Shown: positions 11,043 through 23,589, counted from the whole stretch's first letter. The stretch is DNA of 51,029 nucleotides, filler included, from Bipalium vagum (GCA_037834085.1; 3 parts of 3 records of this genome joined end to end with filler, not necessarily neighbours in it), one strand, 5' to 3'. Notes: generated by a model from the letters alone, not told the origin. Numbers and translations: made by a program.

Positions 11043-13336
11043 CAGATGCTCCCAAAAGTAGGTTAGCAAAAGCACGTGTTTTGTATTTTAGCAGATATTT
11101 CTTAACAAAATAAGTTTAATTAGATGAAATATATATATACCTTGGATATTAAGGATTAAGACTAAATCAAATTTACTGGATACTGAGGAAAATTAGTATT
11201 TTTTTATTTATCAAAGTTAAGGTTAAAAATTTTGCCCATTCATAAATTAACAAATTTTTGAATCGAGTTCAGAGACAATTATACTTTAATTATTAAGTAA
11301 AATAAATTCAGAACTTATTCTCCAGTAGTTAAAGTATACTAATTAACTGTAATTAAAAAGAAATATTAGAGAAATATATACCTACATGAGCTAAATGTTC
11401 CCCATATCATAATGGAGCCCCATCTTTGGAAAATATTCCTAGGTGTTTGCGCGATGGTTGTAAAAATGGGGGTGTTGCTCGTAAAATTGGTAAATTTAAT
11501 ATGGTTAAAAGAATTAGTTTTTATTATAAAAATTCTCTTAAACAGCTTAATTTTTGGTCTAAGATATTACGGAGAAGTGAATTAGTGACATACCAAAAAC
11601 AGAGTCACGGCCGAGTTTATGTCTGTAAGAAAAGTTAAGAATGAATAGAATATAAATGTACCAAACTAACGTTGAATGCTCATGATAGTGTTATAACGGT
11701 ACGAGGTTGCATGACATCTAATGCTGTTGTTAAGATTATTATTAATAGCATCAGATACCTATCTTAATATATTGAAAGATGTAGCCATCCAAGATAAACA
11801 GACTGATTAAACCAGATTTTATGAATCAACAAAGCAATGTGCCCATCCACAAAGCCAAAAAAAGCATATTTACTTTTCCAGAGAAAATGTAAGTATTTTT
11901 CAATGGCCTCCACAAAGTTCAGACGGGTCTTCAATCAAAAATCTTTGGGCTATATTGAAGAAGTGACCAACATCCAATAAATATCACTGATTTAAGAACC
12001 TGTATTACAAAATGTTTGTATGAAATATCTGTTGAAAAATTTCGAAAGTTTGGACTTTCATTACCAAAAAGAATTTTCACAATGCACGCAAAAAATGAGA
12101 TCACTATGGATATTTATATTCTTGTTAACATACTTTTGATGAATAAATTTTGTAAAATTTTTCTTTCGCTTTTGATATTACAGGGTTTTTGTTGTAAATA
12201 TATAATGTTTTCAAACAAATATTATAAAAATAATTTTATAAAACTAATCTGACCATCACTTGTTTAAGTAAGCTAATATATCAATAATATCAATAGATCA
12301 AAAATAATTTTTAAAGTTTTAGACAGAAGATTGGTTTGGTTGCAGCAAACTAATAGTATACAACCCCTTCAAAAGGTTTAAGAAAGATCATGACAGTGAC
12401 AATGTAAATACCAAAAGTGCAGAAAGAGAAAAATCACTCAAAAAAGACTAAAACTCTCGTGGCCGATTTAAAAGAGAAAATTGATGTTGATGACTCTAAA
12501 GGTATGGCTGATTTCACCAAGGAAATAAATGTGGTCAAGTCAACAATTATTTTAGCAATAAAGGAAGACGTCGACAACTGTTAACAGAAAAATTAAATTC
12601 AAGCCGAAAACTTAAAGAACTGGTTTTGCTTAATGACATAAAACATGACAGTGCCGGGCACTTAAGGTTCTTCTCCGATGAGAAATACTTTTTTAAGACA
12701 AAATAATCAATCGGAAAAATGACTGCTGGATATGATCATGTATTTAAATTTTCTATCATCTGCCATTGAATTGACTTTCATATCTAGTGAAGGTAACATT
12801 ATGCAACCTTCTTTTTTCGACCAAGGGCTTAAATTAAAGCAGATAATTATATCACCACATTGAATACGGTTGTCAAACCCTGGATGGACGAGATAGCTGA
12901 TGGAAGATATCTCACCATCAAGTCATTACAGGTTGCTGTCAAAGGGGTAATGGCACATTTGGATAAGTAAGAGGTAAAACTAGCATGTAGCAGGTTTTGG
13001 CTTAGACTTGAAGCCGTTACTGCTGCTAATGAAGGTCACTTTGAATAATATTATTATGTAATTTTTCATATAGTTGTTTATCAATTTTTATTAAAATATA
13101 TTTATTACATCGCTCTATGTACATCGTTTTATTTGTTGTAAAATATTCCCAATTTATGTCAAATACTCTGTAGTTAAAAAACAATTTTCTGTGCGTCATT
13201 TTAATTTTAATATGTAATCCAGAATTATCAAAGTATATTTTTGAACAATCATTAAAATGTAAAATTCATTTTGGTTAGCATAATTCAGTCTTATATAAAA
13301 AACATAAAGTTTTAAACCTACTTTTGGGAGCAACTG
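11043..13336 (+). mobile_element. Degenerate Tc1 (DD34E) transposon containing a nested maT element
   Basis: TIRs CAG(A/T)TGCTCCCAAAAGTAGGTT are 21/22 identical, with TA at 11041-42 and 13337-38. Internal motifs: HDSVITVRGCMTSN, QQSNVPIHKAK and WPPQSSDGSSIKNLWA. Confidence 0.85.
12181..13170 (+). mobile_element. maT (DD37D-type) element nested in the Tc1, internally deleted
   Basis: Degenerate TIRs CAGGGTTTTTG.. / ..CAAATACTCTG flanked by TA. Motifs LRFFSDEK, INRKNDCW, ISSEGNIMQP.FF.QGL, VVKPWMD and ACSRFWLRLEAVTAANEGHFE*. Confidence 0.8.
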
Positions 13337-14686
13337 TACATTTCCCTGCTGATTAGATTTGATTGATAAATTCATATTATTATAATAAAGCATTTGTTAT
13401 TATTTCGGATATTTTATCATTATTAGTATGTCATCAATTATTTCTAGGTATTTAATCCGAGGACTATTTCAGTTAATACCTGTTCTCCATTCTCTAGAAC
13501 AACTCAATTCTTCAATTTTTTAAATTATCATTTATTATGAAATAAAATATTAATTAAAAAAATCGTTGGAAATTAGACTACGGTATTTCTTAATTTTAAA
13601 ATCTTAATTTTATTTAATTTTAATTTTAATGGTTTTAGTATAAATATAAATAATATAATAATAATAAAATTATAATATAAATAATAAATATTTACAAATT
13701 AGTTATGTACTTTTTAAAACTTTATTAAACAACATATGTACCTTTACATCTATAAACTTTTTCCATTTTTCATATAATCAATTTTTATCCATGAAAAATG
13801 TCTTGGATTTTTGGCTAAAAATTGTAACAAATGTTTTTCAAAATCCTGAATTGAACTTAACTCAACTTCGTTAAGAGAGTTATGCAGACATCTTAATTAA
13901 TAATAATCTGAAAGTTTCAGATCCGGGCATTACGATGGATACATAATTATATTATTTTTATCCGATTTAATAGAAGAGCGTTTTTAAATATGCAATGATT
14001 ATGGGTACTGATAGATATAATCTTATGATGGTGCAGTTGTGTTTTGTTCATTTTGACACAGATTTAAGAATCAAAATGTTATACAAAGAATAAATGCAAG
14101 GACCTCTCAGAGTAAGTTCAACTGATGGGACAAAAGGGAAGGAAGCACCCATATTAAATATATAAAGAAGCAAAAGGAAAAAGTTACTTAAAAATATAAC
14201 CCACGTAATGCAATCGCTCAAATATTGTCTTCTGAGTACCACTAATCTTATAGTAAGTTGATTTTGAGACTATAATTCATTTTTATTTAACAAATTCACT
14301 AAATCATGTTCTTCGAATTTTTAAGGAAGCCCTTATTAAATACACAAAAAAGAACAAAATCTAAATCTAAATCAATTAAATTAAAAAGAAATTGTAATTT
14401 ATTCGGCCAAAATAAATTGACTTGCAAAAAATTAAATTATTTATTTCTAGGAAAATATTATTTGATCAATTAATTGTCCATGTCTGTAAAAAACATCAAA
14501 GTAATATTAAAGAAAATAATTTTTGTAATATTCGATTTCTAATTTTTTAAAAATTACTCTTAATGAAAAATATTTTAAAAGTATATGCTGAAATATTTAT
14601 TTAAAAATTTTTAGTCAAATTTTTTCCATTAACACCACAAAATTAAAACTAAAATAAATTTCATATTAATATAAATATTAATATAA

Positions 14687-15762
14687 TCCAGCTGTCAATC
14701 CAATTTTGAAGGTCTTCAAAGGAACTGAACCGCTCTCCGGAAAGTACTGATTGCAAAGAACGGAACAAATGGTAATCCGAAGGAGCGATGTCTGGTGAAT
14801 AGGGCGGGTGAGATAAGACTTCCCATTTTGTACCTTCTAAGTACTTATGTATTTACAACTGAATTAACGTGTGGTTTTGCGTTATCATGTTGTAAAATTA
14901 TCTTTTCGTGTTTAGTCACCCATTCCGGTCGTTTTTCATTCAAAACTTGCTTCAAACGATCGATACAGTTCACCAGTTTGAGTTTGAGAAGATTTCAAAA
15001 AATCATAATAGATCACTCCTTTCTGAACATACCAGATACACAACATAACTTTCAAACCGTGGATATTTTGTTTCAGTGTTGATGGACCGGGTTCACCTGG
15101 CATCACCCAAGCTGCTTTGCGTTTTGGATTGTCATAACGAATCCATTTTTTTGTGTCCTGTAATAATTCGATCCAAAAAACTTTTCCTTTTTGTCTCTGA
15201 AGGAGGATATCACAAATTATTTTTCGCCTTTCAATCCATCTTTCTGTCAATTCATGTTGGATTCAAATTTTTAATTTTCTAATAATTCCTAAAGCTGCCA
15301 GACGTTTTTAAATGCATTGTTGAGTCACATTTCATGCGACAGCCAGATCAGATTGTGTTTGACATGGATCTTCATCCAACAGCCTTCTCAAATCTTTATC
15401 TTCACATTGTTTTTATGGCTTCCCATGCTCCTTATCGTTTGTATCACATTGGCCATTTCTAAAACGGCAAACCAATGTTTACATGTGGTAATCGAAGGAG
15501 CATGTTCTCCATATGTATCTCCAAGCAAGTGGTGTGTTTCTGCTGCAGTTTTCTTTGCAATAATGTAATGTAAAATTACTTCCCGCAAATGTCGTTTATT
15601 TGGGATGAATATTGACATTTTGAATTCCTATAATATTTAAACAAGGAATATTAAAACAACTGTCTCGTGATATTATTAATTATATGATATTTCTGTTTAT
15701 AAATGCAAACATAATTTTTATTATCATTTTGAAAAAATCCGGAGTCATAGTTGTACACCTAA
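14687..15762 (-). mobile_element. Mos1-like (mauritiana-type) mariner, copy A, 3'-truncated
   Basis: Motifs MSIFIPNKRHLREVILHY, WIRYDNPKRK, KVMLCIW, HDNAKPH and PYSPDIAP. One TIR (TTAGGTGTACAACTATGA) ends at 15762, followed by TA. Confidence 0.92.
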
Positions 15763-15845
15763 TATATTAAATAACTGATTTAATCTAACCAGTAGAGGCA
15801 AAGTCAGTCTGATCACAAATATTCTCCAAATTTCAGTATAAATAT

Positions 15846-16640
15846 GATGCCTAAGAGCAACACAACAAGTTTAACTCAACGGAATTACATAATAAAGAAA
15901 ATGAAGTATTTTTGAATTTAGAAAACGTGGTAAAACCAACGTTTAAAAATTCGATTTCCGACTTTATGAAATTCCGTCTGGAGGATATTTTCGAACCAGA
16001 GGTAATTTTTTCTATGCTTGCTGACTTTCTTTCTAGGAAACATAATGACGCCAAATGCAATGGTGCAAAAACATTTTCAAAAATGCCCCAGGATAAAGTT
16101 TTTTCCGAAATTCTGGTGAAACCTTGTCGAATAGTGATATTCAACTAGCTAGCCATGATAAGCAGGGAACGACTAATCGGACGCCACCTGGGCTGTCAAG
16201 ATAAGTCGATGGGAAGCCATCCAATGTCCGTTCAACTCTGGATGCTCTAGATGCAATGATAAAATCAATTTCGGAAGAAATTCTTTGCATACGTAAGAAC
16301 TTTTGCAATTTGAATAATATTGATCCCAGTTCATCCGAGGAGATCGGTGCTGATGGCATTTCTCATATCGATTCAGTTTTTAATTATGAAATATAATAAG
16401 ATTAATAATGATAATAATTTCAGTAAAGATCAAACTAAGGAAAAGTAAATAACAAGTCATCAAATAATGATAGTCACAATAAAAATGATAATCAAATAAT
16501 CGGTTTTAAATTTAAAAATATTAATAAAGCTGTCTCTGAAAGATTTTCAGTGATGAAAAAGAGAAAATATAGACCTGATAACATTAATAATTTTACTAGG
16601 TTATATTTACCTCGTTCAAAAAAGAAGGAGTTGCTCTCTT
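15846..16640 (+). other. Unassigned decayed coding-like segment (possibly retroelement ORF1/gag), cut by the scaffold gap
   Basis: Higher GC than the flanks and long, nearly open frames (15912-16148 and downstream). No recognisable motif. Confidence 0.3.
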
Positions 16641-16641
16641 T

Positions 16642-16741
16642 NNNNNNNNNNNNNNNNNNNNNNNNNNNNNNNNNNNNNNNNNNNNTTAATTAATTAANNN
16701 NNNNNNNNNNNNNNNNNNNNNNNNNNNNNNNNNNNNNNNNN
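16642..16741. other. Scaffold gap with artificial six-frame stop linker
   Basis: N44-TTAATTAATTAA-N44. Confidence 0.97.

Positions 16742-16812
<71 letters not shown>
16742..16812. repeat. (TAA)n microsatellite at contig end
   Basis: More than 20 TAA units directly after the gap. Confidence 0.95.
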
Positions 16813-17039
16813 TTAAATGATAATAATTAGTAATAATAATTTATATAATATTTTAAATAAGGAAAATGAATTATTATGAATTGATTATGTGGTCTGAAAA
16901 GTAGAATACAGACTACATTTATTACTTAAATTACTTTGTTATTATTGAAAATCAAAATATAGATTTGTCTTTTTGTTATTTTTATTGATCCTACGAATGG
17001 CGTAACTTTTATTTTTCTATTTTTTTATTTAATTTTTTA

Positions 17040-18590
17040 TAATCTAAATCTCCCGATAATACCGTACTCGTTATTTTAATGAATGGACTGGGAAAAAAGG
17101 CCTGAACAGAAGACCAGAGACAAGGATGTTGACGATGAGACATATCGTTTATCAATGATAGTTATATTTTCTCTGTGTATAATAATAATAAAATGAATTA
17201 ATATATAAATTGAATGCATTGGTACTTGTATATCTCATAAATTAAATATCGAATCTCAATAAGCGATACCCTAAAAACGGACTTACCATAATTTACATTT
17301 TAATTAGATAAGAAGATCTTTTGCCAACGTACGGTTTAGTATGAGGAAAACGGTATTACCATTTGACAACCTTAGGGAGGAAGAAATGTATTCTATTTAA
17401 AATTCCGGAAAAGAGTTTGGCATTTTCAATTAGTATACACATTTTGTAATATTTTTCTCTTTCTTTTTTGTCCTATCTCATATTCTATCACAACTGTCAA
17501 AGACTGAATAAATAAAATGATTAAGTAAATAGATATTTTTCAAAGGATTTGTTCTTTCTGTTGATATCATTCTCTTTTCAACGAGACATTTGAAATAGTC
17601 TTCTTTTCACCAATTTTCCGAAGAGAAAAGTATAATTAATTTTTTGGACCTCGAATTTTTTTACTTGATAATTAAAAATTAGTGAAAAAAATAATAACTC
17701 TGGTACTTCATTAAATGGTAGAAGAATTTGATTAATTTTTAAATAATTACCAATAATTATCCTTGAAATTAAAACAAAATAAATTCTGACAATATTGTAA
17801 ATATGAAACTCGTGAATATAAATGAGTTTTCTGACGTTGATTACGTTTTTTGAAGTACACAAAATACAATTAATGAGGACTATGAAACAGAAAAAAGACA
17901 TTTTATAATATAATCAGATCATTTGAATAATTAGGATTTTCATTTGTTTATTGAAACATGGATTAACGTACAAAATTGTTATGACTTTGCGGCAAAAACC
18001 CTGACCGTTGAAACCGATCACAATGACAGTTATGTTTTCCAAAGGATAAATCGAAGATCGATATATAAACATGAGAAATGCGGTAAAACAATGATATAAA
18101 GAGTGTAAATCGTAAAATATGTTAAAAAACAAAATTAATATGAAATCTATAATAAATGATTATTATTCCGTTAATTAATTGGCTCTAATTTCATTTTAAA
18201 TATGTGGAAAAAAATACCACCCTGATTGTGATTTGGCTATTTTTATGATTAATTTATTATGATTAATTAAGATTAATATTTCCGAAAATTGTTGAAGCCC
18301 GAAAATAATTGTCACATATAACCAAAAGTTTTGGGATTTGATTTATCTAAACATATTTCCACAGAAGATGAAAGGGAACCGTTGATCCTAATCAAAAAAC
18401 GATGGAAAATATTAACTTGTGAATCTTTTGTACAACCTGAAACCTTTCGTATTTGTTTCTCAATATAAATGTACCAAGATATCAAAATCTTTTTCCTCTG
18501 TATAATAAATGTTGTCATTTCGTCAAAAGATATTACAACATATTTCAAAATAACGAAAAAATAATTAGAAAAAATGTTTAGAAAAATAAA
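17040..18590 (+). pseudogene. Insulin-receptor-like pseudogene fragment (paralog d): FnIII segments, TM-like stretch, kinase-like C-lobe
   Basis: YPKNGLTIIYILI (about 17265-17310). LDLEFFT**LKISEKNNNSG (about 17645-17705). TM-like TTLIVIWLFL*LIYY (about 18215-18260). EAR/IIVTYN/PKVLGFDLSKHISTED..IKKRW...ESF (18290-18430) resembles tyrosine-kinase subdomains VIb-VIII. Confidence 0.55.
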
Positions 18591-18734
18591 CATAACAGAA
18601 AATCTTAAAAATTAAGAAATTTATCTATTTTTACTAATTATCCTATCAGAATTTTAAATTAATCTAATTAATTGGATGAATAAAAAATATTTTAAGTTTC
18701 AATGTCAAATCCTTTTTTAAAATAAAACACCTAA

Positions 18735-18790
<56 letters not shown>
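18735..18790. repeat. (AAT)n microsatellite
   Basis: About 18 units. Confidence 0.95.
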
Positions 18791-18792
<2 letters not shown>

Positions 18793-20749
18793 CAAAACCA
18801 AACCCAAAAAAATTATTTCACGCTTTTTATGTTAAATTTTCGATAAAATCCTTGATATTTTTCTGTCCAATTATCCAATTAATGATAATAAAACGATAAA
18901 TATTGTTTCGTTTAAAATGATCAATAATGTAACGATAACATATTAAATTAATAATGAATATTTGAAAATGAATAATGCATAATTTTCGTACAGAAATATT
19001 GAGAAAAATGCAAAAATGAAAAATAACTCACTTAGACTAAGCATAATATCCATTTAACTAAAAGTAAAAAATTCCTACACCAATATTTTATGAAAGTAAA
19101 CTAATCGATTAACAGGTTACTATATGCATAGTAATTTTTTAATCAATATCATTACTAAGTCTGACTTAAATAATCGATCCAGTGTTTGTTGAATAACGAT
19201 TTGATAGAAAATTAGAGAATGTAATTGCCTTATAACATAAATTAAATATAATTTCCTTATTTGTTCTGACGGATAAGTGGCTAACTGATTGAATGTAACA
19301 CACAGTGTTACCAATAACATGGGCGAATGTGAACTACTGCGATCGTTGAGACACGCCAGAAATCTTCGATAGTATTGCTTAGTAAACGGCCATGGTTTTG
19401 ACAGTTGATTGGAGAAATCAAGCTAAAGCACAAATCAATCAAAATTTTCTTGATCATTATTGAAAAACAGTAAGTGTTTTTTTAATTAAATTTCAACGAA
19501 TTCCAACTGTTTGATTTGTCTTATAAACAATCAACTGTGTGATGCTAATGTTGGTAAGTTAATCACAACAAGTGCCTCCAACAACCAATTGGAGCGATGA
19601 GGAGACAGAAAATTCGTTGATAATATTTGCAATCACTTTTCAAAACTGCTGGCGATTAGATTGTCTACTGTCCAAAGTCAAAATTATCATAACTCAAGAA
19701 TTTCTCTCTGGTGAATTTTTAACTATTTGATTTCTATATATTACCAAATCATGAGAGCTTTTGCTTTTGCGTGTTTTTCTTTTGGTTTTCTCTTTTTCCT
19801 TTTCTATCGGAACGGCTTTTCGTTTTTCTCACTCTTGTTTTCTTGGAACGAGAGAGGGGGGGGGGCGTTTCTCAGCTGGTTCCAATTTAATTCTTTTCTG
19901 GTATTAGAATTTTTTTTGACAAAGTCTACACCATTCAGTAAAATACGAAATCGATACTATTGTTTTTTATTGTGACGAAAAAATATCGTTTTTTTTCTGT
20001 TTTGTGGGAGAATGATTTTTTTTGTTTCTTTATCATCAGACTTTTTTATTTCTTAATTTTTCGTAGATTGTTGATTAGGAGACTTTTTTCTGTTACCTGT
20101 GTATTTGATCTTAAAACTTAATAAATCATTATTATTACCAATACTCATTCGCACATTTGCGTAACACCATTTTTGATTAACAAAACCAGTTTTGGATGGT
20201 ACTTTAAATTGATGAATGAAAAAGGAAACCGGAATGATTTTAAGATTAAATGTATCTTCAACTAACTTTTTTTACTTTTTATAACATCACCTTATTTCCG
20301 GTAATGTTGTGGTTCATCTTCGTAAATTCAAAATTTTAAATTTAAACCAAAATTTTGATTATTACACAATTATCGTACATATGATAAATGATACCAATCA
20401 TAATTAATTTTTAGGATCATGGTCAAAGGGGAATAACAATACTATCAAATATGGGACTGCAGAATAAAATCATCAATACAATTTCAATGGCAAGTTTAGT
20501 TGCTTCGGATACCGATAAAATAATGATCGACAGCAGCAATGCCGACGACAAAGAAGACAGCTCCCGTTGGACAATTTTGATGAAGATTTATTATGAACTA
20601 TTGATTGTAAAAATAACTATCTGTAATATTTAACGATATTCGTTGTTATTATCTTGTAAAAAGATCCTAATTGTATTTATCTGGCATGTTAATTTTTTTA
20701 AATAAAATTCTGTTTATATAATCTCTCTTATTTTGCCTTCTTCATTGAG

Positions 20750-21560
20750 TTTCCCCAAACAAATTCATGCAAATAGGAAGCTCGGCACATAAAATTGTTC
20801 ATAATTAGTCTCCGTTGTATAAGAAACAGTATTACAACATTAGCTTAGTTCCTTTAATTCTCTAATATTTTCTTTATGTCTATTTTCAATAATATTTTCT
20901 TTTACAACAGTTGCTTTGTCAAAGGGATCGTACAACATTCCTTTTTCAGTTAATTTTTTTAATAATTTCTTTTAATAATTACATCGAAGTACCTGTCAGT
21001 TTTGTAAGCTAAACTGCTACCTTTATAACGTGATAGAAATGGCAGTAGAAAATGTTTTGCTTCGAATTTTTCATACACTCTCTTTTGGTGTTCCGCTTAG
21101 AGGTGCTCTTCCATATCTTTTTCTCATACTCCCATTTCATCCACAAACTTTTTCAATATCGACCTCAAGAATTGTTTTTGCAAAATGAAATCTTTCAGTA
21201 ATGTTAGTTTCAATATTTCGATTTTCAAGAATTAATTGTATCTGAACAAAGACGCTCCAGTTTCATTATTTATGGTCTTTAAGATGATTTATTGTTTTCG
21301 AACAATCTTTTCCAATTTCATTTCTGATTATTATTTGTACCTGATTTCTTAAAACATTTTTACTTTCGTACATTTTCTTTTTACCAGCAATTAAACCCGT
21401 TTCTTATACTTATTAATTACTGATCGAACATTTTGGGATTTCATAACCAGGTCAGTTGATATTGGTGAGAAAGATTTACCATTTTCATATTCCTTTCTTG
21501 TCAAATTACGCATTTAATCATTTCCGTTTAGTCCTGGAAATATTTCACATAGAAATACAT
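20750..21560 (-). mobile_element. Degenerate IS630-like Tc1-superfamily transposase
   Basis: HTH-like RKEYENGKSFSPISTDLVMKSQNVRSVINKYKKTG and FVDEMGV..RYGRAPLSGTP..KIRSKTFSTAIS, which fits the FIDE.GFN...R.YGR...G.P family. TIRs were not identified. Confidence 0.6.
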
Positions 21561-22175
21561 TGAATACCTATTTTTTAAATTTGTTCCTTTTCATTTTTAA
21601 GGAAACGAATTTTCAATGAAAAGACATTTTAGAGTTAAATATTGTGAAAAACATTGAGGAATACCACGATACAAAGTATTTTTTCTAATTTATAAAGTAA
21701 AGGGGTACAAGATAAAAATATAGAATGAAGAATAACATGAAAAATTGTGTTTGGCTGACCAAAGGGTCTGACAATAACAATAATTAATACTACTACTAAT
21801 CAATAATAATTATAATAATATAATTATAAATATTAATTAATAAAAATATATGTTAATAATAATATTATAAAAATGATAATTTTTCATCATAATTTTCTTA
21901 TCTTGACAATGTCGAATTACCAAGATCAGATAGGCAATTAGGAACAGATTTAGAAATTTACATTTCCTGGTGTGAATATTGGTCTACGACTGAGTAGATA
22001 TCTGGTCAATATAAAATCCTTAATGGACGGTCCAGTAATTTATTGTTAATGAGATTTATTGAAAATCTACGAATTGTGTCAAATAATTACGAAAATTATT
22101 GCCGAGAAAAAAATATTATAATACACGATGCTTGCGAAAAATTGTTAAAATATTGTTAAACCAAAAACTAATATA

Positions 22176-23436
22176 TTAGGTGTGCAACTATGATCCCGGC
22201 TTTTTTTAATAAGAACATAAAGCTATTTATTACAAATTTTATTTTAAAACATTCCATTGGAAACTACAACCTTTGCCCACCTTTCAGGTAATGAATGAAT
22301 TCCATGAAAGAAAAACTCTGGTTCTTTAGATGAAATTCAGCTGTCAATCCAATTTTGGAGGTCTTCAAGGGAATGGAACCGCTCTCCTGAAAGTGCTGAT
22401 TGCATAGAGCGGAACAAATAGTAATCCTAAGGAGCGATTTCTGGTGAATAGGGCGGGTAAGATAAGACTTCCCACTTTTTACCTCCTAAGTATTATTTAC
22501 AACTGAATTAACGTGTGGTCTTGCGTTATCATGTTGTAAAATCATCTTTTCGTCTCTAGTCACCCATTCCGATCGTTTTTCAAATTGTTTCAAACGAATT
22601 AATTGTGATCGATCAAGTTCACCAGTTAGTGTTTGAGAAGATTTTAAAAATTCATAATAGATCACTCCTTTCTGATCCCACCAGATACACAACATAACAA
22701 CACAACATTTTTGGACATTTTGTTTCGATGTTGATGGACCGAGTTCACCTGGCATCACCCAAGCTGCTTTGCATTTTGAATTGTCATAAGGAATACTTTT
22801 TTCGTCTCCTGTGATAATTCGATGCAAAAAAATTTTTCCTGTTTTGTCTCTGAAGAAGGACATCGCAAATTGTTTTTTGACGTTCAATGCATCTTTCTGT
22901 CAATTCATGTGGGATCCAAATTCCTAATTTTCGAATAATTCCTAAAGCTGCCAGACGTTTTGAAATATATTGTTGAGTCACATTTAATGCGACAGCCAGG
23001 TCAGATTGTGTTTGAAGTGGGTCTTTGTCCAACAGCCTTCTCAAATCTCTATCTTCACATTGTTTTTGTGGCTTCCCATGCTCCTTGTCGTTCGAATCAT
23101 ATTGGCCATTTCTAAAACGGCAAAACTAATCTTTACATGTAGTCATCGAAGGAACATATTCTCCCTCGGTATCTCGAAGCAAGCGCTACGTTTCCGCTGT
23201 AGTTTTCTTGGCAAAAAAGTAATATAGAATTACTTCCCGCAAATGTCGTTTATTTGGGTTGAATATTGACAATCGCTATAATATTTTAAAAAGGCATATT
23301 AAAATAACTGTCTCGTGACATTTTTAACTATATGACATTTTTGTTTATAAATCAATTCAATATAATTTAGATATACATGCAAACAAAATTTTTATTATCA
23401 TTTTAAAAAAAGCCGAAGTCATAGTTGTATACCTAA
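22176..23436 (-). mobile_element. Mos1-like (mauritiana-type) mariner, copy B, full length (1261 bp), frameshifted
   Basis: TIRs TTAGGTGTGCAACTATGA.. / ..TCATAGTTGTATACCTAA with TA on both sides. Motifs WIPHEL, FLHRIITGDEK, VMLCIWWD, HDNARPH and YSPEIAP. Confidence 0.95.
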
Positions 23437-23589
23437 TATTTAAAGCAAAAGATACATAAAGACGATTATTAATGATTGATTTGTTCAAAAAAGTCTCATT
23501 TAGCAGCAATAATTGCTTTAACTCGATCTCAAAATCTGGAGAAAGCTCTAAATAGGTTAACCTTATCCAGTGACACAAATACTTTACTA

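Larger units (their letters stand above)
10720..14206 (-). pseudogene. Insulin-receptor-like pseudogene (paralog c): signal peptide, L domain, FnIII-1, start of FnIII-2; interrupted by nested Tc1/maT
   Basis: ACG (possible mutated ATG) at 14206, then WVIFLSNFFLLLLYIFNMGA. The rest needs frameshifts to read: GPCIYSLYNI..NNCTII; LNRIKII.NYVSIV.CPDLK; IDYMKNGK/VYRCK plus a GT donor at about 13740; KIEELSCSREWRTGIN*NSPRIKYLEIIDDILIMIKYP. It resumes beyond the Tc1 as LFILNPDNFKNHFINV..SHA*PRLIYF..SVVSTATTTIDIS..SGFSHFLY. Confidence 0.65.

Noticed and set aside
16686-16697. TTAATTAATTAA palindrome (also 33065-33076) as a biological site or piggyBac TTAA target
   Set aside because: It is centred in identical N44 runs, so it is an assembly linker.
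20451-20633. Short ORF as an independent gene
   Set aside because: It is 60 aa with no motif and no convincing splice or promoter context.
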